A stretch of 64,000 nucleotides of DNA from Syncephalis fuscata S228 (taxonomy: Eukaryota > Fungi > Zoopagomycota), in assembly GCA_025786725.1 (NCBI GenBank), contig JAHLTZ010000025.1:62001-126000 (forward strand). Direction: 5' to 3'. Of this stretch, positions 40,301 through 54,512 are shown piece by piece. How positions within the stretch are numbered: position 1 is the first letter of the stretch; every line of letters starts with the position of its first letter. The notes below the pieces were generated by a model that had not been told where the DNA came from, made no database searches, and was given only the letters and a program-made list of their open reading frames with translations. The translations under genes were made by a program, and so were the position numbers.

Positions 40301-40935
40301 GCTGTTTCTCCTTTCCTCTCAATCTAGCGGTCTTTTGCCTTTCATACTCTATTCAACGCCTGGCCAAGACTATTTCAACTCTCATCTCCTATTCATCGTT
40401 TTATTTGTCTGTCGTTTACTTTTCTGTCGTTAACCTATTCATTTGCACGTCTATAAGCATCTTGCCACGAAGTAGGCAGACGGACACTGTATGCATTGAT
40501 ACAAGGTGACTTGCCATACCTAGCAGTCACTCATCTTGCTTTTCTACGCACTCGTGTTATTCTTAACGCTGGCGTGACTCATTACGCAATATTTACCACT
40601 TTTTCGTCTTTTCTTCTACACCTCACTGTTACCTACCACGACTGCTGCACGATCGGTTGGCGTATTGTGACTCTTAATATACTATTCTAACTGGTTTTTG
40701 TCATAAGAATCTATCTATCTATCTATCTATTTACCTATTATCGTTGCGTTTTCTTTTTTTCTGTTGTTCGTTTCTGTATTACCCCTCTGTTGTCATTAAC
40801 TTCACGTTTATTGTACGGCAGTCTGTACATGCAGTGGTGCTATTTGTGTATTGGTATTAGTCAATAAGCAGTCATTGGGTATTGGCCACTCTGATCGGTA
40901 GTGGCAGCCTATGTGACTTTATTGCGCTCATTTAA

Positions 40936-43900
40936 ATGGCTCATCAGCAGGAATCGGAACGACGGGCCAGCCGGAGACGTGAACATGTCAATGGGCCTGT
41001 TCTGGTAGGCGACTATATTGTCGGTTCCGAGATTGGCCGTGGCTCTTTTGCAACGGTGTATAAAGGTCGTCATCGAGTAAGTAGTAAAAGTTATGGCTAT
41101 TCAATAGCTAATAGTAATTTATTTGTAGAATAACGGACAGCGAGTGGCTGTTAAAGCAGTATCACGGTCAAAATTAACGAAAAAGCTATTGGAAAACCTT
41201 GAAGCAGAAATTAAGATATTGAAATCAGTACGCCATGATCATGTTGTGCATTTATTCGATTGCCAAGTAAGTTATAGTTGTATTAATGCTAATAATGATT
41301 GCTGCTGTAAAGTATGTTAATTAACACCATTGGTATATTAGAAATCAGAAAGACATATTTACTTGATTATGGAGTATTGTTCGTTGGGCGATTTAACAGA
41401 TTTTATTAAACGGCGTGCCGATCGTGTTGGACTTCGAGGTGCAGCAGGTGGTCTAAAGGAGCCTGTAGTTCGACATTTCTTATTCCAATTAGGCCGTGCT
41501 TTAGAGTTTCTGCGTTCTAAGAATCTGATTCATCGTGATATAAAGCCACAGAATCTATTATTGCTTCCCAATCCATTGGCCGATTCAAGTGAAAGTGGCA
41601 ATCCAATGGAGGCGTTGCCAACGTTAAAGATAGCAGATTTTGGATTTGCTCGTTTCTTGCCCTCACAATCATTGGCAGAAACGCTGTGTGGCTCGCCACT
41701 TTACATGGCACCCGAAATTCTTCGCTATGAAAAATACGACGCCAAAGCCGATCTATGGAGTGTGGGTGCCGTATTGTATGAAATGTGCTGTGGCCGACCA
41801 CCTTTCCGTGCCCATAATCATATTGAATTGCTGCATCGTATTGAAAAGAAAGCGGATAATATTTCATTTCCAGAAGATAGAGAGCCACCAGAGAATGGCG
41901 TGGTAAGTTTAATAAAGGCTATAAATAGGCAAGATAGAATAAATAACCATGTTTATTATAATAGCGTCCAGTTATTGCCGATGATATCAAAGACTTGATT
42001 CGTAAACTATTAAAACGTAATCCTGTTGAACGAATATCCTTTGAAGAGTTTTTTTTGCATCCATGTGTCGTAGGACATGCAGCAACAACGGTGGCCAGAC
42101 CGATTGGTACTGGTAAGAAATAGCTAGCTAGCTAATTAATAGTAAACTAACAGCGGCAATAGGCCCCATTACACTAGCTGCTGAAGCATTTGCATTAAAA
42201 CAACGAGAAAAGTTGCACGATGCTACCACAACATTGGCCGATGTGGCAAACGACCTAGCAATCTTCAACACAATGATATCACTACTGCCATGGAAGCACT
42301 TAATATTGATGGACAACGCCATCCGCAGGCACGTATTGTACACCGAGTGTCAGCTGTATCGCCATTTGCCACTGCACCACGTAGAAATTCGGGTGGATTT
42401 GGCACTGGTACACCACGTCATGGTACAGATCCACTGCCAACACCCAACACTGATATCCGTGCCGATACAATGCCAGCTCGTCGTGATTCAGACACAACAC
42501 GTGGATCACCACGTCCTTCTGCGCCACTCTATTTCAACGGCAAGCCAACGGTACTGGTACAAATGTACCAGGTGGTGACATTGCAAATGCACCATCCAAT
42601 CGACGTGAATCATTTTTAACTACCACATCACCAGAAGAACGTGATTATGTAGTAGTGGAAAAACAGGCCGTACAAGTTAACGTGCTAGCCGATGGTAATA
42701 CTTAATTACATTATTATATGAATACTAACGAATTTTATTAATAATATATCTATTTAGATATTGCTGCATCGCCCCATATTACACCAGCACATTCACGCCA
42801 GCCTAGTGTTAATCCAGGCATGGATATACGTTCAAATTCACCGGCACTTCATGGCCATTCCGGCTCTATTAATGGCTCACCTTCATATGAAAATGCTGCA
42901 CCCCGTCCTATTCCTGGTATGCGTGATCAAATTCGAGGTATGCACAACTCTCCCGACTCCATTCTACAACCAGATCATCGTGATCCAGCTACGAATCAAT
43001 GGCAACGCGCCGGTCAAGGCATGGGCATATCACCAGCCTATAGCAGTTCTCCGCCTACATGGGCCATGTATACACGTCGTTCATTTGCCGGTGATCGATA
43101 TCAAGCAACGCAGACTGAACACAGCCCACATGATCCATCGCTGCAAGATGACATTGATGAAACGACAATGTTTGCTATTGACACGGCGGTATGTCAATCC
43201 TATGCGGTATTTAAATTTGCCGATCGTAAATTGACCCAGCTATTGGATATACCGGTGTCAACGCCCCAATCTTCTACGGGTGCATCAGCTGACGGATCAA
43301 CTGAGACAGAACCTGGTCAAATGCTGGCCAATGAGGCACTTGTGCTTTATTTATGTGCATTAAGTTCTCTACAACGTGGTATTGATGTAGCACGTAAATA
43401 TTGGGAAGACATTGCCACTAATAACAATAATAATACCAATAATGCCAGTGGTAGTGGTAATGGACGTGTAGATCGACCAGCGCCACAACGGTTAAATGAC
43501 GGTAAGTTAATATATCTATATCTATATATATGTATATGTATATACTAATTAATTAAACTAATCTATTTAATGATTAGCCGTTCAATGGATGCGAGACCAA
43601 TTTAATGCCACGTTAGAAAAGGCAGAATATGTCAAGAATCGTGCTAGTTCCGACGACCATCTAACTGAAATACGTATTGAAAATTGTTATACTATCGAGC
43701 TATGGAAATGGTATGATTATTTTATTTCTACTATAATAGATATACTACAATACTAATTCAATACTATATTATATAGAGTCGCACTGCCGCTATCAATGAA
43801 TTGGTAGGAGACGATCTTCCTGGCTGCGATCGCTCCTATCAACAAGCAGTATGGCTACTTGGAGCAATTCTAGATGATCCAGAAAGTATTGCTACTGATG

Positions 43901-44049
43901 TGGAACGTGGCCGTATTGAAGAGTGTAAGTTATTAGTCGGCATGTCTACTAAAGCATACTAATTAAACGATATAGTTCTTTTATCAATCCAAGATCGTAT
44001 CCAAGTCCTACATCGTCGTATGGAGCCTACTATAATGCATGGCATTTAA
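40936..44049 (+). CDS. ATG1: Autophagy kinase Atg1/ULK
   Basis: [13 protein letters not shown]; [14 protein letters not shown]; [11 protein letters not shown]; [45 protein letters not shown]; [19 protein letters not shown]; C-terminal [17 protein letters not shown]. Confidence 0.95.
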
Positions 44050-44943
44050 TATTTACCCATTAACCTTAACATTATATCACCATAACATAACATCAATTGG
44101 AATCTTTTTTGCACAATCGCGTCAATAATTATATGTCTATATACACTAATATCTGTTATTTGTCTACACACTATTTGTTACTTGTTTGTTAATATCAATT
44201 ACTATAGACTAATAGTCTAGTTGTCCACTGAAACAATAATGAATTCAATACTAATATAACGATGACCATTTTATTGGATATTATGACCATACGTTGTAAT
44301 CGTCAAAAAGAAAAGAGAATAATTATTCAATAATGCCACCTTTCATGTTTAAGTGTGATGATGATGGTTGTGATGGTTGTGATATTGCATTTAACAATAG
44401 CTGTGACTGTGTTGACAATGTAATGTTGTTTAAATTGACTTTTTGTTTCACGGCTATGATATTATAAAAAGAGTTGGATAGTAATAATGGTTATACTAAT
44501 AGTAGTAATACTAATAATAATACTAATAATAATAATAGCAGTAAAGGTAGAGTAAAGTAGTATTGATGGTGGTGGTGTTGTCGTAGTCGTAGTCGTAGTC
44601 GTCGTAGTAATGGTGAAATACCACAAGAATAGCAAATAAAAGGAACGAAGAGAGAAAAGTGGATAGGTAACGGTTCACGCCACACACACACATACATATA
44701 TATACAAACAAACAAGTCTTTTAATCAAATAGACTAGTAAATGTATGTATATATATATATAGAAAGAGAGAGAGAGAAGGACAATTGGTAATGGGTGAAA
44801 TAAATTGAACAAATAACAAATTGTAACAATAACAGCAATAATAGTAATATTGGACTTAGTAGCAATGCCAAGCTGACTAATGAATGAACAAATTGTAAAA
44901 CAATAATATCAATAATAGAACGGTACACAGCAAGGAATATCAA

Positions 44944-45586
44944 TTAAGACGATTCCTTATCCATAGTGGATTGCGATACTGAAAGTAACTACAGATGAAT
45001 TAGATGTTTAGCCATTTATGACAGTTACATATATTATAGCTTACATTCTTCTGTTCCTCTTTTGTACTTTCTGAATCCTCATCAAAGTGTAGAATAGCAG
45101 CAACCTCGGCCAATTGACTACGAATCTTACTTGGCTAAAAGAGACATAATAAATAGATACATTATGAGTCATCGTTAATTAATAACATCTAATACTTACA
45201 TCGACGTTGCCGCGACGCATACTGTTGATACCTATAGCATGCTATGAATAAATATACTATTAATGTATTATCAGTCTAGTAGTTACCGATATGTCCTGTG
45301 TGCTATTATGATATAAGAAATAAATGGTAATAAACAGCAATAAACAGTATACGTTAATTGCTATTGTTTAACCTTATTTATACTGTGACGGTTAAATTAC
45401 CTGGAAATTTTTGGGTGGACCAATGTTAAGTTTATTGATACGCTTACGATTGCCTGCTTTACCACCCTTGTAAGACCGAAGATCACCTGATGACGAAGTG
45501 GAAGATGGTTTCCAGCATAGCCAGCTGCTGAGTGGAGATAGACAGCCGGCAGAGGATGGTGCGGCTTGAGACTTGGTATTAGCCAT
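44944..45586 (-). CDS. Small CRIB-motif protein, CDC42 small effector (CDC42SE/SPEC)-like
   Basis: Spliced model ...GCLSPLSSWLCWKP...NRKRINKLNIGPPKNFQ|HAIGINSMRRGNVD|PSKIRSQLAEV... with three GT-AG introns. N-terminal Cys, a basic patch and IGxPxNFxH as in SPEC proteins. Confidence 0.65.
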
Positions 45587-46949
45587 GGATACAGTAGATT
45601 GTATCAGTAATGCTATCATGTTTAATATCAGAAATAAAATGGTTAGTATGAATATCGATACTGATACTGATAATACAAATAGCCGTCTAGTTATATATAT
45701 ATATAACAGTGTTTTATGGTTGTTAAGCAACAATAGTAAATAAACAACTGATGAACAGACTAAGGCGCTGTTTATCGGTGTAAACAAGTCATGGTGGCCA
45801 ATTAGTGGTTTACACCTTTTATTCATAGTGGCGGTGGTAGTGAGCGAGTTACTCGACAATCTCGTAGTTTATACAGCCACCCCGCTTTACACTCCACATT
45901 TATAAGAGAGGAGGACCTACCGTATCTGAAATAAACAACAGGGGGGCACGTGGATACACGCGCAAGTGCAAAGTATAAGATAGATAGATAGATAGATAGA
46001 TAAAAGACGACGACGAGAGAGAAGTAAAAGGTAGACGAACAGACAAGTAGCAAGTGCGTAAGCGAACGAGAGCGAACAGTAAGTGAAGGTGGCGGAAAGT
46101 AGTGCAATGCAAAGGATGATCTCAAGGCAAAAGAAAGAAACAGAATATGCAAAAGCAAGGCTTCACTTTGACAGTTTAAAAAGGAATGTTGCATGCGTAG
46201 TGTGTGTGTGTGTGGATAGATTACAGCTTACTTATTTAGTTACTCACCCATTTTGGCATTCACGTAGCTGCTGCATTCGTGTACTGTGTTGTAGTGTGCG
46301 CAGTCCAGCCATGCATCATCCACGTTACATACAAGTAGCCTCCCCCTTCCCCTCCATTTGCCACCCATCGATCATTCAAAATGCCACATGTCGACAACAT
46401 GTGGCATGCATAGCAAGTCTTTTTTCTTTATCACCCATCTCTAGCTACTTGTGTATTTATTCGCATCCCATCATTCGCGTTGATATCTATCGATAATTCA
46501 CTTGATACTTGAAAGTTACACGCATTTAAGGGGTAATGACGACAATATGTAACAAGAATGGTGCTACCACCCGTGTTGTATTATTATAGCAATAAAGCAA
46601 CGATAAACTAGTTATATAGAATGATTAAAGCTTGTTAATATTAATGTATTGGTGTAGTAAATAGTTGTAGAAGTCATGTAGCTATTTATTAGTATTATGA
46701 CAGATTCAACAATGCACTACACTTATAATGTCTGTTACGTAATAAATAAAACTCAGTTTAAACTGCAGACTGTGATTTTATAAACTCTATTAATAATATG
46801 TAGTCAATAAAGTATATAATTATATAAAACATTATGAGCCAGCAAGTGAGAGCGCGTGAATATTGATGAAGAAATTATAGTGTGTATGACAACGCAATGA
46901 ACGAAATGAATCGAGACTTTAATGAATAAAGCTAGATTACAATACGTAA

Positions 46950-47140
46950 TACTTTTAAACAAAGCGTAGCTATCATATAATAAAATGTGTATAATAACAT
47001 CCTAGAGTGGTATACAGTAATGTGGAGATACAATGATAATGATATATATGTACTGGATATATGCATACTAGATAATAAATTTATGCTAAAAAATATTTGA
47101 TAATTGATGCTATTCGCCATCCATCATCATGTTCAATAGA
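46950..47140. repeat. Diverged fragment of the MITE-like unit
   Basis: tatatatgtactggatatatgcatactagataat...ccatcatcatgttcaataga resembles 59870..59970. Confidence 0.7.
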
Positions 47141-47194
47141 AAAACTGCCTAGCTCAATTATTTGTACTAGATATTTATAACTAACAGTCTTTAT

Positions 47195-49265
47195 TTATAT
47201 CATATATGCTTCGTAATGATTATTGTCATCAATTTTACCAATGATGCCGGTTGATAATTTATGTTTGTAATGTTCCGGCATTGAATCTTCCCTTGGATCT
47301 GGTAACTGCGGTACTTCAATAAGGTCTAAAAGCTTATCTTTAGCGTTAATTTTAGCTGGCCAATTGTTAAAACAGGCTGGTGGTTTGTAAATACGGCCAG
47401 TTTGCATATCAATAAACCAACTTTCATTAAGATTCCAGATAAACAATTCGCACAAAGAGCCAAGAAAGGGTGTAATTTTAATGTTATTTACACAAACGAT
47501 CGAACGCAGTAAATTTCCAGCTCGAGCGTCCAGTACATCAATTGTTTCATTGCTTTGAAGAACAATCAGCTTCTTACTGTATAGGTTTGTAATAGTACTT
47601 TCACGTATAGGTCGACTCCATAATACACGTCCTTGTTCGAAACTATCAATTGGTAGTAGCTGACCATAATCTCTGGCGTCGAATAGCGATCTTGATGATG
47701 CATTTGATGCATCCTTCCCAATTACAAAAAACAACAATAAATTGCTGAATATTTTGTCTTTAATGTTGCTTTCGCTATTGCTTGAATGGTCAACAGTAAT
47801 TAAACACATTCTTTCTGTATATGTCTCAACAGTAATTGTGGCATCTGGCCAGTATGGAATAGTAATTTGATTCGATATTATCCTATTACTTTTAGACTGA
47901 CTCTTTCGAGCGTCGAATATTTCCCATTGGATGTACAATGATTGATAGTCATCGTCAACAGTTTGTGGATCTTTACTGGCCATAAAAGTCGAAGCAAGGT
48001 TAAATTCTCCAGTGTCATGTATTAACGTGCATGTTAAAAACTGACATTGGTCGCGGGAAGCAAACTGAATACAAGCGGATGTACTGTAATCGTCTAATTG
48101 TAATCCTTTTATCCATCGATTGCCATCTAAATCAAATAGATCAAATCGTTGATATGGGTATTGTGGATACTTGGTATGTAAAAGCATCCATTCATTATGA
48201 ATATCAGAAAAGCAGTAAAACTCTTCACTTTTCCCATATTCGTGTATACATCCAAGATAAATGATATTAGGTAGTGAGTTGCCAGCATTAGGCCATACTA
48301 AAATGGCTTTTCGCCAACTATATTCCCGTTCATTTGAAGATGTAATTGTTGAGGTTGCATTAAAATGTCTACCCAAATTATCAGTGGCTTTATGCTCGGC
48401 TTCTTCAATGTACTGTGCTTTTAGTTCATTCGCGTTTACTATTTTAATAACATTAATAAATGCTTTATATGTTCATTAGTATTAATAATTGTTAGTTACC
48501 TATTGGGTCTCCAGGTGTTATGCTGTTCAGTTCGTTACATATTTTTATATCAACAGTGGCCACAACAAACCGGCGCAGTCCATAGCTATGAAGAATAACC
48601 GTGTATTTGCTATCAAATAGAAATGACGATAAAGAAGTAGGTAATTCTTTACATGTCAATTCATTATTGCTGTGCTCGTTTTTATTGCTAAAGATATTGT
48701 GTTGAATTGACCAAAATCTATTCCCTTCTCTGTCCAACACTAATGAATACCAAGGATTTACGTCGAGTAGCTCTGGTTCGGTGCTTTGCTTAAGTGGCAC
48801 TTTGCATGTTTGCTTTTTAAGCTGTCCCGCCATAAAATTATGATTAGTTTGCCGACGTCGTTGGTAAGCATAAAACCATTGAGTGGCACTAAAATCAGAA
48901 ATATATTTTGAATAACTAGCGGATAATGTATATTCATTATCAATATTATCAATAGTTTTACTGGTAGAATATAATAAATGTTCTTGTTTTGTCTCATTTA
49001 TATTGGCCATCAATTCTTTGGATTTTGTTGTAGTATCAATGCACCAGTTATGCCATGTAAGCCATTCTTGTTCCCGCCGATCACCCAGACAAAACTTTCG
49101 CTTAAATTGATGTTCCCAATAGGCCGGTCTATCAACTATTGTCTGGTGAATAAGTCGACAACTGGTAGCAAAAAGTGCCAGCTCCTTGCCATTCATAAAG
49201 CGGCATAGATACAGTAAAACATCACAGTTTTGCCATAAACGTTCACTATGAGTGTTTAAAGGCAT
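47195..49265 (-). CDS. Lineage-specific F-box-like protein, paralog A (2 exons)
   Basis: N-terminal LWQNCDVLLYLCRFMNGKELALFATSCRLIHQTI...YWEHQF resembles an F-box. One intron after GDPIG; the 393-aa second ORF is open. Confidence 0.7.
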
Positions 49266-50592
49266 AGTTGACTAGAAATAACTGTGCAAAAAGTGATATG
49301 CAATAGACAGAATGGGCAATAGTAGATGCGAGTAGAAAGAAAAGGGCATACTCGAATGTAGGTTGCTTTATTCTATTTACAATACTTAATGGTTACACGA
49401 TTCCATGGCTATTGTTGCATGGGTATTACTATTATTTGGTCTATAAATAGTATATAGAGGTTTATTGAATCGTATAAAAATGCTATGAATTGCCAGTAAA
49501 CTAAGCGCAGTTTTAAATCGTTTAATAGTCAGCTTATTCCCGTAGATAATTACATTGTAGCTACTAGTGCTATACTAACAAATATTAATACGAGCTATCA
49601 TGTCAGATAATGGTCAGTATTATAGTTTGGATAACAGGTAAAACTGGGATGTATAAGTGTGCTATTTTATGTTGTTTATTATAAAGTATTATTGAGTATT
49701 TCATAGCTATACGGTCATAAAGACTAGATATAAATATGTAGCAATAAAATATTTAATAGTAATGGTCATGATGTAATACAATTGCCAGTATTTACAACGC
49801 AATGATGACTAATTGTTGTATTTTTAAACATTGCTAAATATTATAAAATGTCGCAATACAGTTATAATTAATTATAAAAATACTATAAAATACATTAATA
49901 ACTATAAATATGTAAGGATTTGTACCAATATAAGTTTAATAGGCATAAGTGCTTTTTATTGATAATAAACCAACCAGTTATATAGCTATTTTTTGCATAA
50001 GTATAATATAAAGCTTAAAATATAATAAAATGCGCATTTACTATTATTTAGTGTGGAAAAATAGAGCATTTCTAATTACTAAATATGGTAATAGTAAATA
50101 AATCAAAAATAGCTTTTATATTGTAATAATTACATAGAAATTTCGTAATTAAACATGTGTAAGACATGCATACAAGATTCCTAATACCACTTACTATTAG
50201 TCTTATTATCAGTATCTAATAGTAGCATTTTAACAAACAACATGGCTTCCTGTCTAAAATCCATCCCTGTTTTCATTACGAATAAGAAACATTGTCCATA
50301 AGTCTCCCGTATTGACTGAATATTAATTACGGCAAGGTTTTACAATACCACTTGGTAGATAGGTAACATATTTACAAGATATGATAAAATATATAAACTA
50401 GTTTTAGTTGCCATAGAGCTGTAGCATTTGCATAAAAAGTTACAAGAAATGCATACATATTTGCGCAGCCGGTATGCTGTAAATAGAACGAAACAGCCCA
50501 TATTTAAGCAGTATTTTTATTTTTATTTTCACTAACTATTGTCCGTCCTATCTATCATATAGCACTTTTAGCACAGCTACTACTAGTCAACC

Positions 50593-52655
50593 ATGTCTTC
50601 AGACACTCATAGTGGATGTTTATGGCAAAATCGCAATGTTTTATTGTATTTATCTCGCTTTATAGAGGCTAAGGAATTAGTACTTTTTGCCAACAGCTGT
50701 CAGCTTATTCACCAAACAATAGCAAATCAATTTGATTATTGGAAATATCAATTTAGACGGGAATTTTGTCTGGGTGATCGCCATGAACAAGAATGGCTTA
50801 CGTGGTATAACTGGCACATCAATGCTAAAACAAAATTAAAAAAGTCTACGTCCGATCTACATAAGAAAAAACGAAAAAGTTCACTATCACCCACTAATAA
50901 GGTTATTGATAATGATGACAATGAGTATATGTTATCTGCTAGGCATCTACCATCCACTTATAATTTTAATATCACCCGGTGGTTCTATGCTTATCAGCGG
51001 CGTCGACAGACTAATCATAATTTTAGGACAGGCCGACTCAAAAGACAGATATGCCAATTGCCGGTTGAAGGCGATAGCCCGTGGATAAGAGAAATAAATA
51101 CTTGGTTTGGGCTGGTGTACAACAAGGAAAGAGATTACTTTTGGCTAATTCGACACAATACCTTTAACAATAAAAATGACCAGAATAATAAGGAATTGGC
51201 GCGGAAAGATTTAAGTATTCCTTTATTGACAACAAATAAGGATTACGGATACAGATTAAACGATGGATTTGCAATGCGTCGATTTGTTGTAGCTAATTTT
51301 TCAATACATACATATAGTGACATAAAAAACATAGCCTTTGGAGATCCAATAGGTAACTAATAATTTTTAACGTCCGTTATTGTAGCAAATATTTACTAAT
51401 ACTATTTAAATAGTAAACATGAATGAGTTAGAAGAACAGTACATGGAAGAAACTAAACATAAATATTCTGTTAATTTATTTAAACACTCTAATATGTTTT
51501 CGGCAATTAAATCTTTAAGTGAACGGGAATATAGCTGGCGAAAAACCATTGTAGTGTGGCCTACTGCAGGTAACTCACCGCCTAATATTATTTGTCTTGG
51601 ACGTGGAGAACGAGATGAAGGAAAAAAAGGAATATAAAATTTTAGACATTCATAGTGAATGGGTGCTTTTACATACCAAATATCCACAATATCCATACCA
51701 ACAATTTGATCTATTTGATTTAGATGGCAATTGATGGATAGAAGGACTAAAATTGGATAATCACAATACAGCTGGCTGTATTCAGTTTGCTTCTTACGAT
51801 CAATGCCAATTTCTAACATGTACAATAATACGCGATGTTAAAGAATCTGACTCTGCTTCTACTGCTATAGCTACTCGAGACTTACAAGCTGCCAATAGTA
51901 ATGATCAAACATTATACATCCAATGGAAACTATTCGACGCTCAAAAGGGTCAGTCTCAGAGTAATAGGATACTATCGAATCAAATCGCTATTCCATATTG
52001 GCCAAATGCTACAATTCAAGCCAAAACCCACACAGAAATAATATGCCTAATTACTGTAACTGAGCCATACGTTAAATTAGATAATGATGACTATCAACCA
52101 CACAATTCTTTACTTTTGTTTTTTGTGATTGGAAAAAATATAGCAAATGCACCAATACAATCGCTATTCCACGCCAAAGATTATGGTCAGCTACTACCAA
52201 TTGATAGTTTCGAACAAATACGTGTATTATGGAGTCAACCTATACGTGAAAGTACTATTACAAACCTATACAGTAAGAAACTAATCGTTCTTTCTAACTA
52301 CGCCAAAATTGATGTATTAAATGCTTGAGATGGAAGTTTACTGTGCTCAATTGCTTGTATACAGCACACTAAATTTACTCCCTTTTTCGGATCATTATGT
52401 GGATTATATTGCTGTGGCAGTAGATATTTCAGTCTTATTGACATGCAAACAGGCCGTATTTACTGTCTGTCACATTGCACTGACAAATATTTGGCTGAAG
52501 GCGACGCTGGAGGTGATTTTCTAGGCCCCATTGAAGTACCACAGTTACCAGGAATAGATAAAAATTTTGCATCTGATACTTTAGAATACAGTGTATTAAA
52601 CGTCGCTATTGGTCAAACATATATCTATGGAACCTACGATTTATACATGTCATAA
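50593..52655 (+). pseudogene. Inverted paralog B of the F-box-like gene, with in-frame nonsense codons
   Basis: Colinear with 47195..49265, same intron. TGA at 51732 and 52326 where paralog A has CGA, plus a homopolymer frameshift at ~51625. Confidence 0.7.
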
Positions 52656-53102
52656 ATAAACAGCCTTATTTGTATAGTATGCATTTTAAATACTCAATTA
52701 AATAATGTTTAATAAATATTTGAGTTTTTATACTAGCTATTTACTTAACATACTATTGATATTAATGCTAATAGCTTCAATGGCTTTATTGAATTCAGTT
52801 ATGCTGATACTTTTTTAACAAATTAAATGTGCATCAAGTGTAAACCTAAAACACTAGACAACATAAAAATTACAGGTCGAATATAAACACATGCTTTACT
52901 CAATACTAAACTTACAACATAATAGCTGCCAAAAGTATACACTATACTCTTATGTACAAATCAAAAATGTGATGAATATTATGACGAGTTGAAGCAAGTA
53001 ATTAACCAATCATCCACTTCCCATGCGACTAATCATAACTTTTTATAGATTGGGAGCTACTTCCCTTTGAGTCCCTAGATTCAAACTAGACAAAAAGATC
53101 TG

Positions 53103-53728
53103 TAGCTCGAATAATAAACCGTCAATCAGTTTTTACTACGAAGAAAGGGTTTGTTGAAGCAGTGCCACATCAACTTCGATTGAATTAATCAGTGCTAATT
53201 AATCAGCACAATTTTCAATATTAGTGTTAATTAATGTTAAATAGTATTTCATGCTACTTACAATAAAATGCTACATTTGATTGTAATGTTGATGCAACAG
53301 TGTCAGTTTGATTTCTTATAATAATAGGCGGTAAGAAATCAGAAGGTTTTGATTCACCACTGGCCATTGTACTGAATATACTGTGCATGTTTCTGCTGGC
53401 ATTAACATCGCACTATTTATTCATTCATTTAAATTATTAATTTATTGATCCATCTTTTAGAATATGACTATGTTTCATTATTTCAATAATGACACCTTCT
53501 ATGGCTACACTTGTCTTAAGAAGCATTGACTTTGATTGTATTTCCTATTACACTCAGTAATTTATTGGCAGTACGCTCTATAACAACAACTTTAGTATTA
53601 AATGGCCTTAATGTTTCTACTGTACTTTAACTCCCACATTTTTAAATACAATTAAACATTCACTCATCACTATAACATGTATAATATTACATCCAACATT
53701 AATCAACTCATGTGTAATTAAATATACA
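53103..53728. repeat. Inverted copy of 32254..32878
   Basis: Direct sequence comparison. Confidence 0.9.
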
Positions 53729-53974
53729 CATTACGGTATTAGTTGAAGTTGAAATAACATTTAATAAAATAAAAGGCTTTTTACACTGAATTGTTAAACA
53801 TATTTGCTGAAGTGGTCTACAAGTATAAAAAGAATAAAATAATTGCGATTACTAAATATGATTGTTACAATATGCAAATGTGGTTCAAGTAAACAGAAAC
53901 AAGATAGAAAAGAAATAGACTATATAGCAGTTCGATGTGCAGTATGACAAACAAGCAACAGAAGTAATGAAGAA

Positions 53975-54512
53975 CGATGTGGAATCGCAATCATATGGCT
54001 TCTATTAATATTCAATCAATCTTTTTACACATGGCCAACAACGATCGGTCTTAAATGTTCCAAAGAAATCAAATAGTATGTTACACTATTTATTTAAATT
54101 GATTTATTAACAGTATTTTAATAGGAAGTAGTATAACTATGTTGTGCATCATAACGGCATGACTCTGATTGGAACGAATTGTGCTTTGGGGACAGATGTG
54201 GGAGCAAAGTAAACGCAACCGTAGCCTTTTAAATAAATAGTGTAACATATCATTTGATTTTTTTTGAAACATTTAAGACCGATCATTGTTGGCCATGTGT
54301 AGGAAAATTGATTGAATATTAATAGAAGTCATATGCTTGATTTTATATCATTCCGCAATCGTTGTTGTTGCGCTAATATATACATGCTATGTACCATTTC
54401 ATTTTTAGCTTTTAGTACTTGTTAATTGAGTTAAATAAACTGCATCATCATATAAAATATTGTGTGTCATTTAAAATTATTAATTATTATAGTATGATTT
54501 GATGATTAAAAT
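53975..54512. repeat. Two oppositely oriented pieces of the modular repeat family
   Basis: 53980..54210 is a direct match to 365..600; 54240..54480 is an inverted match to 250..490. Confidence 0.8.

Noticed and set aside
42034-42042. ATATCCTTT in ATG1, identical to a U12 5' splice site
   Set aside because: It lies in frame within the conserved kinase C-lobe peptide ERISFEEFF; no intron is needed.
44491-44943. Short hydrophobic or low-complexity ORFs (also 40138-40509, 45823-46496, 60175-60426)
   Set aside because: They derive from microsatellite-rich UTR or intergenic AT-rich sequence; no motif or splice support.
51732-52328. Stop-codon readthrough, recoding or A-to-I rescue of the TGA codons in F-box copy B
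   Set aside because: The paralog has Arg (CGA), not Trp or Sec, and TGA is used as a normal stop elsewhere (e.g. the 1059..1712 gene); simple nonsense mutation suffices.
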